The position numbers and the translations under genes were made by a program. A stretch of DNA of 64,000 nt from Gammaproteobacteria bacterium. Lineage in GTDB: Bacteria > Pseudomonadota > Gammaproteobacteria > JADZEE01. How positions within the stretch are numbered: the first letter of the stretch is position 1; each line of letters starts with the position of its first letter. The DNA lies in assembly GCA_965225625.1 (NCBI GenBank), contig CBDDBH010000002.1, forward strand, positions 7,156 through 71,155. The letters are read 5' to 3'. Under the pieces are notes generated by a model. It was not told the DNA's origin. It worked only from the letters and a program-made list of their open reading frames with translations, and made no database searches. Positions 8,642 through 17,605 of this stretch are shown here, one piece after another.

Positions 8642-10300
8642 TTACACAGCCGCCTTGTTCTGCGCTTCCATCGCTTCGGGGAACCACGGAGGAATGAAGT
8701 CGAACATTTTGTCGCCTAACCACGCCGGTGCAATATTTCGGCCCCAGTTGAGAATGATCTCGCGCACGCACTCGTCGGTAAAATCGATATTCGCCGCCGG
8801 GCCGCCCCAACCGTAAACCGTATGCGGTAACCAATCGGCCTTTTGTACCAGTTCGCACACGCGCGCCGCTCCCTCCTGCGCTGTCATCTCGCCACGCTCA
8901 ACGGCCGCTTGTGCATCTTCCAGTGTCACCAAAACTTCTTCTACCTTCTCCGTGTAGGGTGCGGATATATCGGCGCGCACTGACTCATCAATACGATCGA
9001 AAAAAGACGAATCGCCCATCTTGGTCTTGATAACGCCGCGCATGAAGTAGAGATCGCCCAACAATTTGCTGCCCAGCCACAAATTGAACCAGGCATTCCA
9101 CATGCTGAAGTCGCCCATGGAGTTATACGCGGACGCGACCATGCGGTCAGTAGCGTTAATCTGCTCGTGCTGCATCTCGTTGAGATGTTCGAAACGCGAC
9201 AGCGAGTAATCGTTGTCCTTCACTGCGTCTTCGATAGCTCGGGCGAGGTAATACAACGATTCGAACGAGTTGATCATGCCGCGCGACAACAGCGCGTCTA
9301 CAAAGCCATAGGCGTGGCTCATCATGACATAGCCAGGTCCGGCGCTCTGGCTCGATGAATATTGCAACTGCCCGGTACCTATCCACGGGCGCACAGGTTC
9401 GATGTTCTCGAAGTGATCCTTGACCGACGGGAACTTGGCTACGAAGTGCCAGAATTCTTCCTCCGCGGTCATGTCATCCGGTTTTGGATATTTCTTAATA
9501 TCCAGCGACAGGCCGATGCTTGCCAACTCGCTTTCGGACACTGCGGTATTGGTAAACGGAATTACCCACCACCAGCCGCCGTCAAAAACGTGGTGCAAGG
9601 TGCCATCGTTATAACCGTAGCGCTCGCTCGGGCGCACAACACCCTCGAGTTCGTCGTAGCTTTTCAAACCTTTGACATGCGCAAAAATGGTACGGCTGTG
9701 GGCGCGCATTTTTGTGGGATCGGTGCGCAAGCCCAACTTGTCCGCTACCGGGGAGCGAAACCCCGAGCCGTCAATGAGCAGCTTGGCTTTGAAGGTATCG
9801 CCGGATGCCGTGCTCAGCGTGACATTATTTTCCTGTAAATCGAAGTCGACGATATCGGTCTCGTCCATATAGTCCGCGCCGCATGACTGCGCCACCTTGA
9901 CCATATGATGGTCGACCTCGGAACGCATGAAATGGCTTTCGGAGCTGAACGGTACCTCGGGAGCAATTACTTGATGCGACTCGCTTTGATCCTGGCGTTG
10001 TCCTTCGCGGTGATACGCAAAGCTGATTGTGCGCTTTTGCCCGCAAACTTTGGACACCCGTTCATTGACTCGATCGACCGAGGTAATGTCGTTTATCTCT
10101 GGCAAATTGAAACGTTCGCCTAGCAGCAACATCCACATGGTCGATTGCGGCAACATGGCTTCGCCAATGGCAAATCGCGGGTGCTTGCCTTTTTCGATTA
10201 CCAGTATCCTCGCGCCCATGCGGGCAATGATGCCGGCGAGGATGGCGCCGGGTAACCCGGAACCCAGCATGACGATGTCAAATTCTTTCTGTGTTGCCAT
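8642..10300 (-). CDS. PrnC-like flavin-dependent halogenase
   Basis: GSGLPG FAD motif, HPRFAIGE, conserved Lys in GQKRT (K89), GTLHHVFDGGWWWVIPF (WxWxIP), GFVDALLSRG; colinear with PrnC as I recall it; GGAG RBS before ATG 10300. Confidence 0.85.
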   Translation of the reverse strand: MATQKEFDIVMLGSGLPGAILAGIIARMGARILVIEKGKHPRFAIGEAMLPQSTMWMLLLGERFNLPEINDITSVDRVNERVSKVCGQKRTISFAYHREGQRQDQSESHQVIAPEVPFSSESHFMRSEVDHHMVKVAQSCGADYMDETDIVDFDLQENNVTLSTASGDTFKAKLLIDGSGFRSPVADKLGLRTDPTKMRAHSRTIFAHVKGLKSYDELEGVVRPSERYGYNDGTLHHVFDGGWWWVIPFTNTAVSESELASIGLSLDIKKYPKPDDMTAEEEFWHFVAKFPSVKDHFENIEPVRPWIGTGQLQYSSSQSAGPGYVMMSHAYGFVDALLSRGMINSFESLYYLARAIEDAVKDNDYSLSRFEHLNEMQHEQINATDRMVASAYNSMGDFSMWNAWFNLWLGSKLLGDLYFMRGVIKTKMGDSSFFDRIDESVRADISAPYTEKVEEVLVTLEDAQAAVERGEMTAQEGAARVCELVQKADWLPHTVYGWGGPAANIDFTDECVREIILNWGRNIAPAWLGDKMFDFIPPWFPEAMEAQNKAAV

Positions 10301-10315
10301 TGCTGATACTCCCAC

Positions 10316-10924
10316 TTATAGGTCGACGTAACCCGTGTTCTCGAGCAAATGCGCCTCGATCGGGATCTTCAGGCTATCGTGAATAGTGTTGTACATCTTC
10401 CAAAAGCCGACAACGCCGGCGAGTTCGACGATCTGGGGCGGGCTTAAATGCTCGGCCAGTCGCTCACGGATCTCATCGGGTACGTTGGACGGATCCATCG
10501 ACGCTGCACCGACAAAATCGAAACACACGCGTTCGAACTCGTCTTCCGGCGGCGCCTCGCCGGTCAACATGGCGCTCAGATCCTCGTCCGCCATACCCCA
10601 ACCCTCGGCGCCCGGGCCTTGCGGCGCTTTCAGGATGCCGCAGTGGTGCGCGGTACAGTAGGTACAGCCGTTGATTTTGCTCGCAACCGCACCGAGCCGC
10701 CGTTTTAGGTTTTGATCCAGCGTCGAGCTTTTGTCTCGCATTATCCGGCTGTTGAGAGCGAATAAGGTCTCAGCGATTTCGGGCCGATGCATATAAAACT
10801 TCAAAGCATTGGGCAAAAAACCCATGCGTTCCTTATACGGCCCGACGATGGGTTCCAGCGATTCGGGAACGTCCTCCACATAGGGAATGAACGGTTGGTC
10901 TTCAACGGCGGCTGTTTCTGTCAT
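10316..10924 (-). CDS. AhpD/carboxymuconolactone decarboxylase family protein (Bmp8-like motif set)
   Basis: SKINGCTYCTAHH (C87, C90, H93) and C-terminal FWKMYN (N179). Confidence 0.8.
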   Translation of the reverse strand: MTETAAVEDQPFIPYVEDVPESLEPIVGPYKERMGFLPNALKFYMHRPEIAETLFALNSRIMRDKSSTLDQNLKRRLGAVASKINGCTYCTAHHCGILKAPQGPGAEGWGMADEDLSAMLTGEAPPEDEFERVCFDFVGAASMDPSNVPDEIRERLAEHLSPPQIVELAGVVGFWKMYNTIHDSLKIPIEAHLLENTGYVDL

Positions 10925-10939
10925 TGTTTTAACCTCGGC

Positions 10940-12346
10940 TTACAAATAATCCGCTAAGTTAACTTTGCCCCAATTCTTGGGCCAGGCACGTTTAAAATCC
11001 TTGGCGTCATACCGGCCTTTTATGGTCGCATCGATCCCGACTTTGGCGACGGTGCGCCACGGCGCGTGGCCCTCGACTGGTTGCGCCGACGGATCGTAGA
11101 GAGAACCGCGGGTATTGTTGACGACGATCATGTCACGCCCCGGATCGCAACGCGTGGCGATAGCATGATAGACGTCGGCGGGATCATCAATATCAGTATC
11201 GGGACTTATCGCGACCACCATCTTGGTATTGATCCAGGGTGCGCCCATGGTCTGCATGAGCGCGTCGTTGACGAACCCATCTCGCGGCGCCTCGACCTGG
11301 ATAATGCACGACAGCGCGGCGCCCCAGGGAGGAAAGCGAACGTCCGTGACCTTCAGTCCGATCTCGCTGATCCGGTTGTACAGTACAGCTTCATGACAAA
11401 GCCGGGGAAGTACAACGTGATCCGTGTTCGCGGTGGTCTGATGCCGCCGGTACACCGGCTTGCCGCTGCGCAGGGTCATCGCCGTGACGTGGACCTCTGG
11501 CAACCGTTGGGCCGGCGGCATCCAGTAAGTCGATGGGCCGACCGACGGGCCGTAATCGAACAAATCTTTCAGATTAACGATGCCCTCGACAACGATCTCG
11601 GCATGCGCAGGGACCGTGAGATCGATGGTCTCACAGCGCACCATTTCGATATCCATGTCCATGATGGTGCCAACCATTTCCATCTCGCCCCACAGATCCA
11701 TGTGTAGCCCGGAGAACTGCGCCATGATCTCGTAAGCCGGCGGCACGCCGAAGATCAGCGCCACCGGCATTTCAGTCTCGCCCATGTCGCGATACTTGCG
11801 CATGACCACGTGACTGTGGGGCGTGACGAAACTGATTAATCCTCGACGTGGTCCCGTGGGTGTCGTGCCGGCATTGCAGGAGTTGTAAAAACCAGTCTCC
11901 GGATCGCGAATGATGTTCATCGGCGACATATAGGTATCGGGTTCCAGATCGGAGTGAATGGACGCGGGTAATTTAGTCCAGTCCACCTCATCACCAATTA
12001 ACACGACATCTTTAACCGGCCCGGTATCCACGTCTACAAATCCGCGTGGGGCTTTACGCAGGCGTTGCGCCAGCGTTGGCAGGTAATCTTCCTCGCTGAC
12101 CCCAAGCGCGCGACACTGCGAGCGTCGATCTCTGACCATGATGTCGCAGACGCTGAAATCCGGGAACTCTTTGATATTGTCGAACACGATCGGCCCCGGG
12201 CTCTGCGATACGAGCGCGCCGATATCGTCGATATTTACCGGTTTGGTGATACGCGTGACAATGTCAGCGTTGGTTTCGAGATAGCCGCGCAGATCCGGAT
12301 CCAGCGTCGGTTTCCCCGATTCGATGTGTGCTTGTGCCGTTGCCAT
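10940..12346 (-). CDS. UbiD-family protein with degenerate active site
   Basis: DPETGFYN, PVALIFG, CETIDLTVPAHAEIVVEG, IDATIK; lacks the canonical Arg and the EGPFGE motif. Confidence 0.85.
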   Translation of the reverse strand: MATAQAHIESGKPTLDPDLRGYLETNADIVTRITKPVNIDDIGALVSQSPGPIVFDNIKEFPDFSVCDIMVRDRRSQCRALGVSEEDYLPTLAQRLRKAPRGFVDVDTGPVKDVVLIGDEVDWTKLPASIHSDLEPDTYMSPMNIIRDPETGFYNSCNAGTTPTGPRRGLISFVTPHSHVVMRKYRDMGETEMPVALIFGVPPAYEIMAQFSGLHMDLWGEMEMVGTIMDMDIEMVRCETIDLTVPAHAEIVVEGIVNLKDLFDYGPSVGPSTYWMPPAQRLPEVHVTAMTLRSGKPVYRRHQTTANTDHVVLPRLCHEAVLYNRISEIGLKVTDVRFPPWGAALSCIIQVEAPRDGFVNDALMQTMGAPWINTKMVVAISPDTDIDDPADVYHAIATRCDPGRDMIVVNNTRGSLYDPSAQPVEGHAPWRTVAKVGIDATIKGRYDAKDFKRAWPKNWGKVNLADYL

Positions 12347-12385
12347 GTTGGCCTCCAGATTTTTTTGGTTTGACTGAGTTCGCGC

Positions 12386-12694
12386 TTACGCTTCGATCGC
12401 TACCTGCACATCGTCACCTTCGATGCGCACTTTGTGGACCGGCACCGGCGCACCCATCGTCGTGGTGCCGGTCTCCAGAGAGAACTCCCAGCCGTGCAGG
12501 GGACAGATCACCTGGCCGTTATTGACCCATCCATCGGCCAGTGGCCCTCCCTGGTGCGGACACAGATTGTCGATGGCGCGCACCGCATCGCCGACGCGAA
12601 ACAACGCGACCTGCCGGCCATCGACCATTACACACTTGCCTTCGTCTTCCTCCAAATCACTGAGTGACGCCACAGTTTGGAATTCCATACTCAT
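12386..12694 (-). CDS. Rieske [2Fe-2S] ferredoxin
   Basis: CPHQGGPL...CPLHGWEF; ATGA overlap with the upstream UbiD stop. Confidence 0.9.
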   Translation of the reverse strand: MSMEFQTVASLSDLEEDEGKCVMVDGRQVALFRVGDAVRAIDNLCPHQGGPLADGWVNNGQVICPLHGWEFSLETGTTTMGAPVPVHKVRIEGDDVQVAIEA

Positions 12695-14208
12695 TCCTCC
12701 AACGCACCGCCACCCACCGTTGGTTTTTTGCCGGGTTTAGAAATGATCCCCTCCTCATGACTGACAATGCGCTCCATGGGTAGCTCCGCACCGTCGAGGT
12801 TATCGACAAAATCGCTCAATTCGACCTTGCCCTGGCCCATCGGCCAGGTGCGATGCAGTTCCCACCAATCCGTATCGTCTTTAGGCGGCAGCACGCTCGC
12901 ATCGATGATGGCCTTGCCATTTACACGGAACATACCTCCAGGCACGCGCTCCGCGCTGGGCATCAATGGTGATGCGCGTAACTCGGGAATAATCGTCGTA
13001 TCCGCGCCCCAGTTGGCGCGGATAGTCATCGCCCAAACTACATCGCGCGCATCATAGATGTTGACGTCGCGGTTTACCGCGACCGCCACCTGGCTCATGA
13101 ATCCGAGCGTGGTATTTTCCATGGTCAGCATTTTCATCAGCGCGTCACGTGCGTCGCCGCGTGCCCGTGGCGTCATCTGTACGATCCCGAATGCACAACC
13201 GCCCCAGGATGGAAAGTAGACATCGTGCACTTCAATCCCCATCTCGGTTAGCGCGGTGAACAAGCTGCCTTCGTTCGGCAGCATGGCCAAACGCTGGTGT
13301 TCGGTCCATACCGTCGATTGCACGTGCCGGTAAATCGGGTTCTTACGCATGGTGATCCGATCGACCCGGTATACCAGCGCCTTTTGTATTCCATCCCTGG
13401 ACATCGGCCCCGCGCAATAGGTACCCAGGTAATTACCAAAGGGTCCTTCGTTCTGCATCACCCCGGGCATGACAACGCCTTCCACAATGATTTCCGATGA
13501 CGCGGGCACGTCGATGTCGATGGTGTCGCACTTGACCAGTTCGGCTGGCTCGCCGAGGAAATTACCGGCGTAGTCGAGTTCTCCGCAATATGGGTGATGC
13601 ACGCTCAGTGAAGCAGTGACCTCCCAGGCGGGATGGGAACCGATAGACAGGGCCATGGGCATCGGCTCGCCGCGCGCGGCATATTTGCCGGCGATGCGTC
13701 CCACGTGCGGCGAAAAGATAAGAAATGGACAGTTCTTGCCATCGGTAATCTGGCTGCGCGGCCAGGTGGTGTTGTGCATCCCGGTATCCGGATCGACGAC
13801 GATACCCAGCGCGCTGCCCAGATAACGGCCACCGTCGAGTTCGGAATGATGCACGATCGGCAATCGTGACAGGTTGGCGTCATCGCCCTCCCATACAACT
13901 TCTTTTGCCGGCGAATCTTTGACGACGTTATGCGGCAACGGTCCCTTGTCGATGGCACTGGCAACGGCGCGCACGACATCCTCGCGATTTTCCACACCAA
14001 AGACAATGCGCTCCATATCGCGGTTATTGACCAGATTGGAAACCACGGTCCAATCTTCATAGCCCTTAACGTTCTCGAACAACATCGCCCTGTCGGACTG
14101 ATCGGCAAGCGCGGCCAGATTGGTTGACGGATCGACTTCCTTGGCCACGCGATACAAGCGGCCAGCCGCTTCAGCATCGTCGAGAAAACTGCGAAGACTT
14201 TTGGACAT
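12691..14208 (-). CDS. UbiD-family (prFMN-dependent) decarboxylase-like protein
   Basis: DGGRY, DPDTGMHNTTWPR, VPASSEIIVEG, EGPFGNYLGTY, IIDAS. Confidence 0.88.
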   Translation of the reverse strand: MSKSLRSFLDDAEAAGRLYRVAKEVDPSTNLAALADQSDRAMLFENVKGYEDWTVVSNLVNNRDMERIVFGVENREDVVRAVASAIDKGPLPHNVVKDSPAKEVVWEGDDANLSRLPIVHHSELDGGRYLGSALGIVVDPDTGMHNTTWPRSQITDGKNCPFLIFSPHVGRIAGKYAARGEPMPMALSIGSHPAWEVTASLSVHHPYCGELDYAGNFLGEPAELVKCDTIDIDVPASSEIIVEGVVMPGVMQNEGPFGNYLGTYCAGPMSRDGIQKALVYRVDRITMRKNPIYRHVQSTVWTEHQRLAMLPNEGSLFTALTEMGIEVHDVYFPSWGGCAFGIVQMTPRARGDARDALMKMLTMENTTLGFMSQVAVAVNRDVNIYDARDVVWAMTIRANWGADTTIIPELRASPLMPSAERVPGGMFRVNGKAIIDASVLPPKDDTDWWELHRTWPMGQGKVELSDFVDNLDGAELPMERIVSHEEGIISKPGKKPTVGGGALEE

Positions 14209-14276
14209 GCAACTACCCTCCTCGGACGTACGTTTTAATACCAGCGTTACTCATTCAGTAATTTAGATTGCGATTT

Positions 14277-14948
14277 TTAGATTGCCCGTCCAATCGAACG
14301 GCCGAATGATGCGATATGCGAGCGGATCGCAGCCGATGCTTTGTCGCTGTCATGGGCGGCAATCGCTTCGAACACTGCACGGTGCTCACGTTGAACTCGC
14401 TGTAATTGTTTAATATCGCTGAGCGAAACAAACCAGAAACGCAGAGCACGGTCGTGCAGACGCGAAAGCAGATCGGCCAGCACACGATTGCGCGCGGCGG
14501 CCGCGATCGCCTGATGAAACTCGCGATCCAAATCCATTAAGCCCTCGTGATCCCGCTGCTCGGTCAGCGGTACTGCGCGCTCCAGGATCTCGCGCATGCC
14601 CTCTATATCCTGAGCTGTCGCGCGTTCAGCCGCGAGCGCTGCACACAAGCCCTCATTGGGCGCCCGCACCTCGATCAAATCTTTCACTTCGTCCAGGGTT
14701 ATCGGGTTGACGACAACCCCCTTGCGCGGCAACACCTGAACCATCCCTTCCATATCCAGACGTTTCAGCGCCTGGTGCACCGGCATACGGCCCAATCCTA
14801 ACTCGAGACAGATCGAGGACTCATTCAGGTACGCGCCCGGGTGATACTTGAGCGTTATGATGCGCCGCTTTATCGCTTCGTAGGCGCGCTCCTGCAAGGA
14901 CTCGACCACGGCCCCATTAGCGCGTGCCAGTTGCCTGTTTTCGCGCAC
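14277..14948 (-). CDS. GntR/FCD family transcriptional regulator
   Basis: LQERAYEAIKRRII...LGLGRMPVHQALKRL HTH; FCD domain DREFHQAI; GTG start at 14948 chosen to avoid overlap with the cupin gene. Confidence 0.88.
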   Translation of the reverse strand: MRENRQLARANGAVVESLQERAYEAIKRRIITLKYHPGAYLNESSICLELGLGRMPVHQALKRLDMEGMVQVLPRKGVVVNPITLDEVKDLIEVRAPNEGLCAALAAERATAQDIEGMREILERAVPLTEQRDHEGLMDLDREFHQAIAAAARNRVLADLLSRLHDRALRFWFVSLSDIKQLQRVQREHRAVFEAIAAHDSDKASAAIRSHIASFGRSIGRAI

Positions 14949-14953
14949 GGGTA

Positions 14954-15346
14954 TCAATCGTCGCGCGGATCGTAATAATGCATTTCGAACATTACGCAAC
15001 CGTTTTCTGATTTGAACGGGCCGTGATGAGCGCCCGGCGGACGACAGGCGTAGGTCGGCGCGAAAAACTGCTCGCCGCCCTCGCCGTTCTCATCGTTGCC
15101 GACGATCAAATCCCCTTCGATCAGGTAGACCTCTTCCCAGTGATTGTGCACGAACGGAGCTTTGGAATAGGCACCTGGATCCAATCTCATTAGCCGTGAA
15201 CGGCTGCCGATCTTTCGCTTCTCGTCGATGTCACTGGTGAGGATCTTGTGCTGGAAGCTTGACGGATAACCTGGTGGGGTGACCCAGTCCGTGTCCGGAT
15301 CCAATCTCAGGAATTCCAAGTGCGGTTTACGTTTTTCATCAGCCAT
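14954..15346 (-). CDS. Cupin-domain protein (ChrR-like cupin)
   Basis: HNHWEEVYLIEGDL and YACRPPGAHHGPF cupin motifs. Confidence 0.8.
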   Translation of the reverse strand: MADEKRKPHLEFLRLDPDTDWVTPPGYPSSFQHKILTSDIDEKRKIGSRSRLMRLDPGAYSKAPFVHNHWEEVYLIEGDLIVGNDENGEGGEQFFAPTYACRPPGAHHGPFKSENGCVMFEMHYYDPRDD

Positions 15347-15362
15347 GGAGATCTCCTCTTTT

Positions 15363-16058
15363 TTATTCGGCTACAGGCAGCTCTCGGATCGAATAGTCAT
15401 GAGTCAGTTTGCGTCCCAATATGGGATCTTCGAGTTCCATCGTGAACGCCGCTGCAGGTCGTACCTTACCCTGAACCGCCAGTGTCCCACAGAACATGGC
15501 AGTACCGGGCGCGAGACCGCCATCGGCTTCGTCGTACAGGTTCATGAGTTCACTCGGCAATCGCAAGCCGCTAATCGAACCTTCTTGATAGATCACGCGG
15601 TCACCATCGATTTGTGCATAGGAACGCAGTACCAGATCGTCCCAATGTGCAACGACATCGTCGTACGACCACAGCGTATTGGAAATCGGCTTCGCACAGG
15701 CCTGCTTGGCCACGGTCACACTGTAAGTTTCTGCCTCACGATCGGTATGATCCGACCCCACGGCAACCCACAGTACATCGCCGATCTGCAATAACACTGC
15801 TTCGGCTTCACCACTGGACGCCGCGCCGGCGACGTCAATCGATTGTGCAGTCGTCAGCAGGCTTGCCGCGACCCGGTAAAACGTCGGCGTCGATTTCGGC
15901 CGTGGAATACCGAGCTCCTCGAGTTCGCGGATATGCGCCTCCATCGCCGCGGCGTCACGACCAGTCCAGCCGGCAATGACCAGGTCATCGATCGACGCAG
16001 TCAGCTCCGTTTCCAGCCCCTGGTGGATTGCGCTAAATGCGAGATTGTTGGCTGCCAT
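15363..16058 (-). CDS. DUF2848 family protein
   Basis: IAGWTGRD...HIRELEELG...P.FY, SSGEAE, GSDHTDR, KQACAKP pattern. Confidence 0.8.
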   Translation of the reverse strand: MAANNLAFSAIHQGLETELTASIDDLVIAGWTGRDAAAMEAHIRELEELGIPRPKSTPTFYRVAASLLTTAQSIDVAGAASSGEAEAVLLQIGDVLWVAVGSDHTDREAETYSVTVAKQACAKPISNTLWSYDDVVAHWDDLVLRSYAQIDGDRVIYQEGSISGLRLPSELMNLYDEADGGLAPGTAMFCGTLAVQGKVRPAAAFTMELEDPILGRKLTHDYSIRELPVAE

Positions 16059-16066
16059 CGATAACC

Positions 16067-17215
16067 TCAGAAAATATTCGAACGTTCGTACTGCACCGGC
16101 CAGCGTACATTATCCGCCTTCAAAGCTTTGGCGCTGCGCAAAGGCCACACCGGATCGGCGAGCAGCGTGCGGCCGAGCACGACGAGATCGGCCTGTCCGT
16201 TGGCGATAATCGATTCCGCCAGATCCGGACTGTTGATGAGACCAATGGCGCCTGTCGCCAATCCAGTTTCGGCTTTAATCCGTTGCGCGAACGCTACCTG
16301 ATAACCCGGATGGATTGGGATCTGCTGGCGTGGATCGTTACCGCCGGAGGAACAATCGATCAGATCCACATCGCCGCGTTCACGCAATCGTTGGCACAGC
16401 CAAAGACTATCCTCTAACGACCAGCCGCCTTCGACCCAATCCGTTACCGACAAGCGCAAAAACAGGGGCAGCTCAGCGGGCCACTCGTCGCGGATCGCAT
16501 CCAGCGTTTGCAGCAGCAGCCGTGCGCGATTGTCGATAGAGCCGCCGTACTCGTCAGTACGCTGATTGCTCAGCGGCGAGAGGAATTGGTGGAACAAATA
16601 CCCATGGGCTGCATGGACCTCCAGGATCCGAAATCCAGCTTCGCGCGCACGCCGCACCGCGGCTCGATAATCTTCGATGGACTGCGCAATGACCTCGGCA
16701 TCCATGGCTGTAGGCGTTGGCCAGCCTCGCGCATAGGCGAGCACACTTGGTGCAATCGGCAGCCAACCGCCCGCATCCACGGAAATCGGTTCGGTTCCCT
16801 CCCACGGACGGCCCACGGAAGCCTTGCGGCCGGCGTGGCCGAGTTGGATCGCCGGTACTGCGTTCTGAGTTTCAATGAATCTCACTATGCGGGCCAGCGC
16901 ATCACGTTGTTCGTCGTTCCACAATCCCAGGCAATGTCGGGTAATGCGGCCACGGGGCTCGGTATGCACTGCTTCCGTGGTGACGATGCCGGCGCCGCCG
17001 GCAGCGCGCGCACCCAGGTGCACGAAGTGCCAGTCATTGACTAGACCATCTTCGGCTGAGTATTGGCACATCGGCGACAGCATGATGCGATTCTTAATGA
17101 TCACCGAACGTATCGTCAGCGGGCGGAACAGATGAGGCTCCGGATCGCGACGCAATATCCGCCGGTCGTTCTCACCGGTCGTACGCGAATCGATTTGTAG
17201 CTCCGCGCGCGTCAA
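16067..17215 (-). CDS. NADH:flavin oxidoreductase (old yellow enzyme, YqjM/XenA type)
   Basis: SPMCQYSA, QLGHAGRKAS, HAAHGYLFHQFLSP, NQRTDEYGGS. Confidence 0.92.
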   Translation of the reverse strand: MTRAELQIDSRTTGENDRRILRRDPEPHLFRPLTIRSVIIKNRIMLSPMCQYSAEDGLVNDWHFVHLGARAAGGAGIVTTEAVHTEPRGRITRHCLGLWNDEQRDALARIVRFIETQNAVPAIQLGHAGRKASVGRPWEGTEPISVDAGGWLPIAPSVLAYARGWPTPTAMDAEVIAQSIEDYRAAVRRAREAGFRILEVHAAHGYLFHQFLSPLSNQRTDEYGGSIDNRARLLLQTLDAIRDEWPAELPLFLRLSVTDWVEGGWSLEDSLWLCQRLRERGDVDLIDCSSGGNDPRQQIPIHPGYQVAFAQRIKAETGLATGAIGLINSPDLAESIIANGQADLVVLGRTLLADPVWPLRSAKALKADNVRWPVQYERSNIF

Positions 17216-17544
17216 AAAATAGACTCCTTTTGCATCGCCTGGTGAAACACCTCGCCCGCGAATGCGGGGAAGCGCGCAAAGTCCTCCCGGGCCGCGGCTC
17301 GGGCGGGCGAACGTAGTGCCGCGTCCAGGGCGGTAGAGGATTCAAACTGCATTTGTGCGAGTAGGCACACCCCACCAGGATTAACAGGATAAGGGTCGCT
17401 GCTGTCCTGCGGCGTGTGTAGAGTGAGCGCCTCTATGCCAGGGAATTGCTTGAGAATTGCAGCGTGCTCTTGCCGGTAATAGTCGGTAAAACGTCGGGGA
17501 TTTTCGGCGGCACCCTGATAGCGCACGAAATACGATACTGACAT
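17212..17544 (-). CDS. EthD family protein
   Basis: 110 aa, FTDYYRQEHAAILKQFPG...AREDFARF; 4-bp overlap with the OYE gene. Confidence 0.75.
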   Translation of the reverse strand: MSVSYFVRYQGAAENPRRFTDYYRQEHAAILKQFPGIEALTLHTPQDSSDPYPVNPGGVCLLAQMQFESSTALDAALRSPARAAAREDFARFPAFAGEVFHQAMQKESIF

Positions 17545-17605
17545 TGCTGTTCTCTATCGGCTTGGTTTCGGCGCAAGAATAACAGCAAACCATGTGATGT
17601 GCACG

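Noticed and set aside
8642-10300. Calling the locus a pyrrolnitrin (prn) or bmp biosynthetic cluster
   Set aside because: No prnA/prnB/prnD, and no proline adenylation, carrier protein or dehydrogenase genes in the window
14949-14999. Extended GntR N-terminus overlapping the cupin gene
   Set aside because: Unnecessary overlap; GTG at 14948 gives a normal-length GntR
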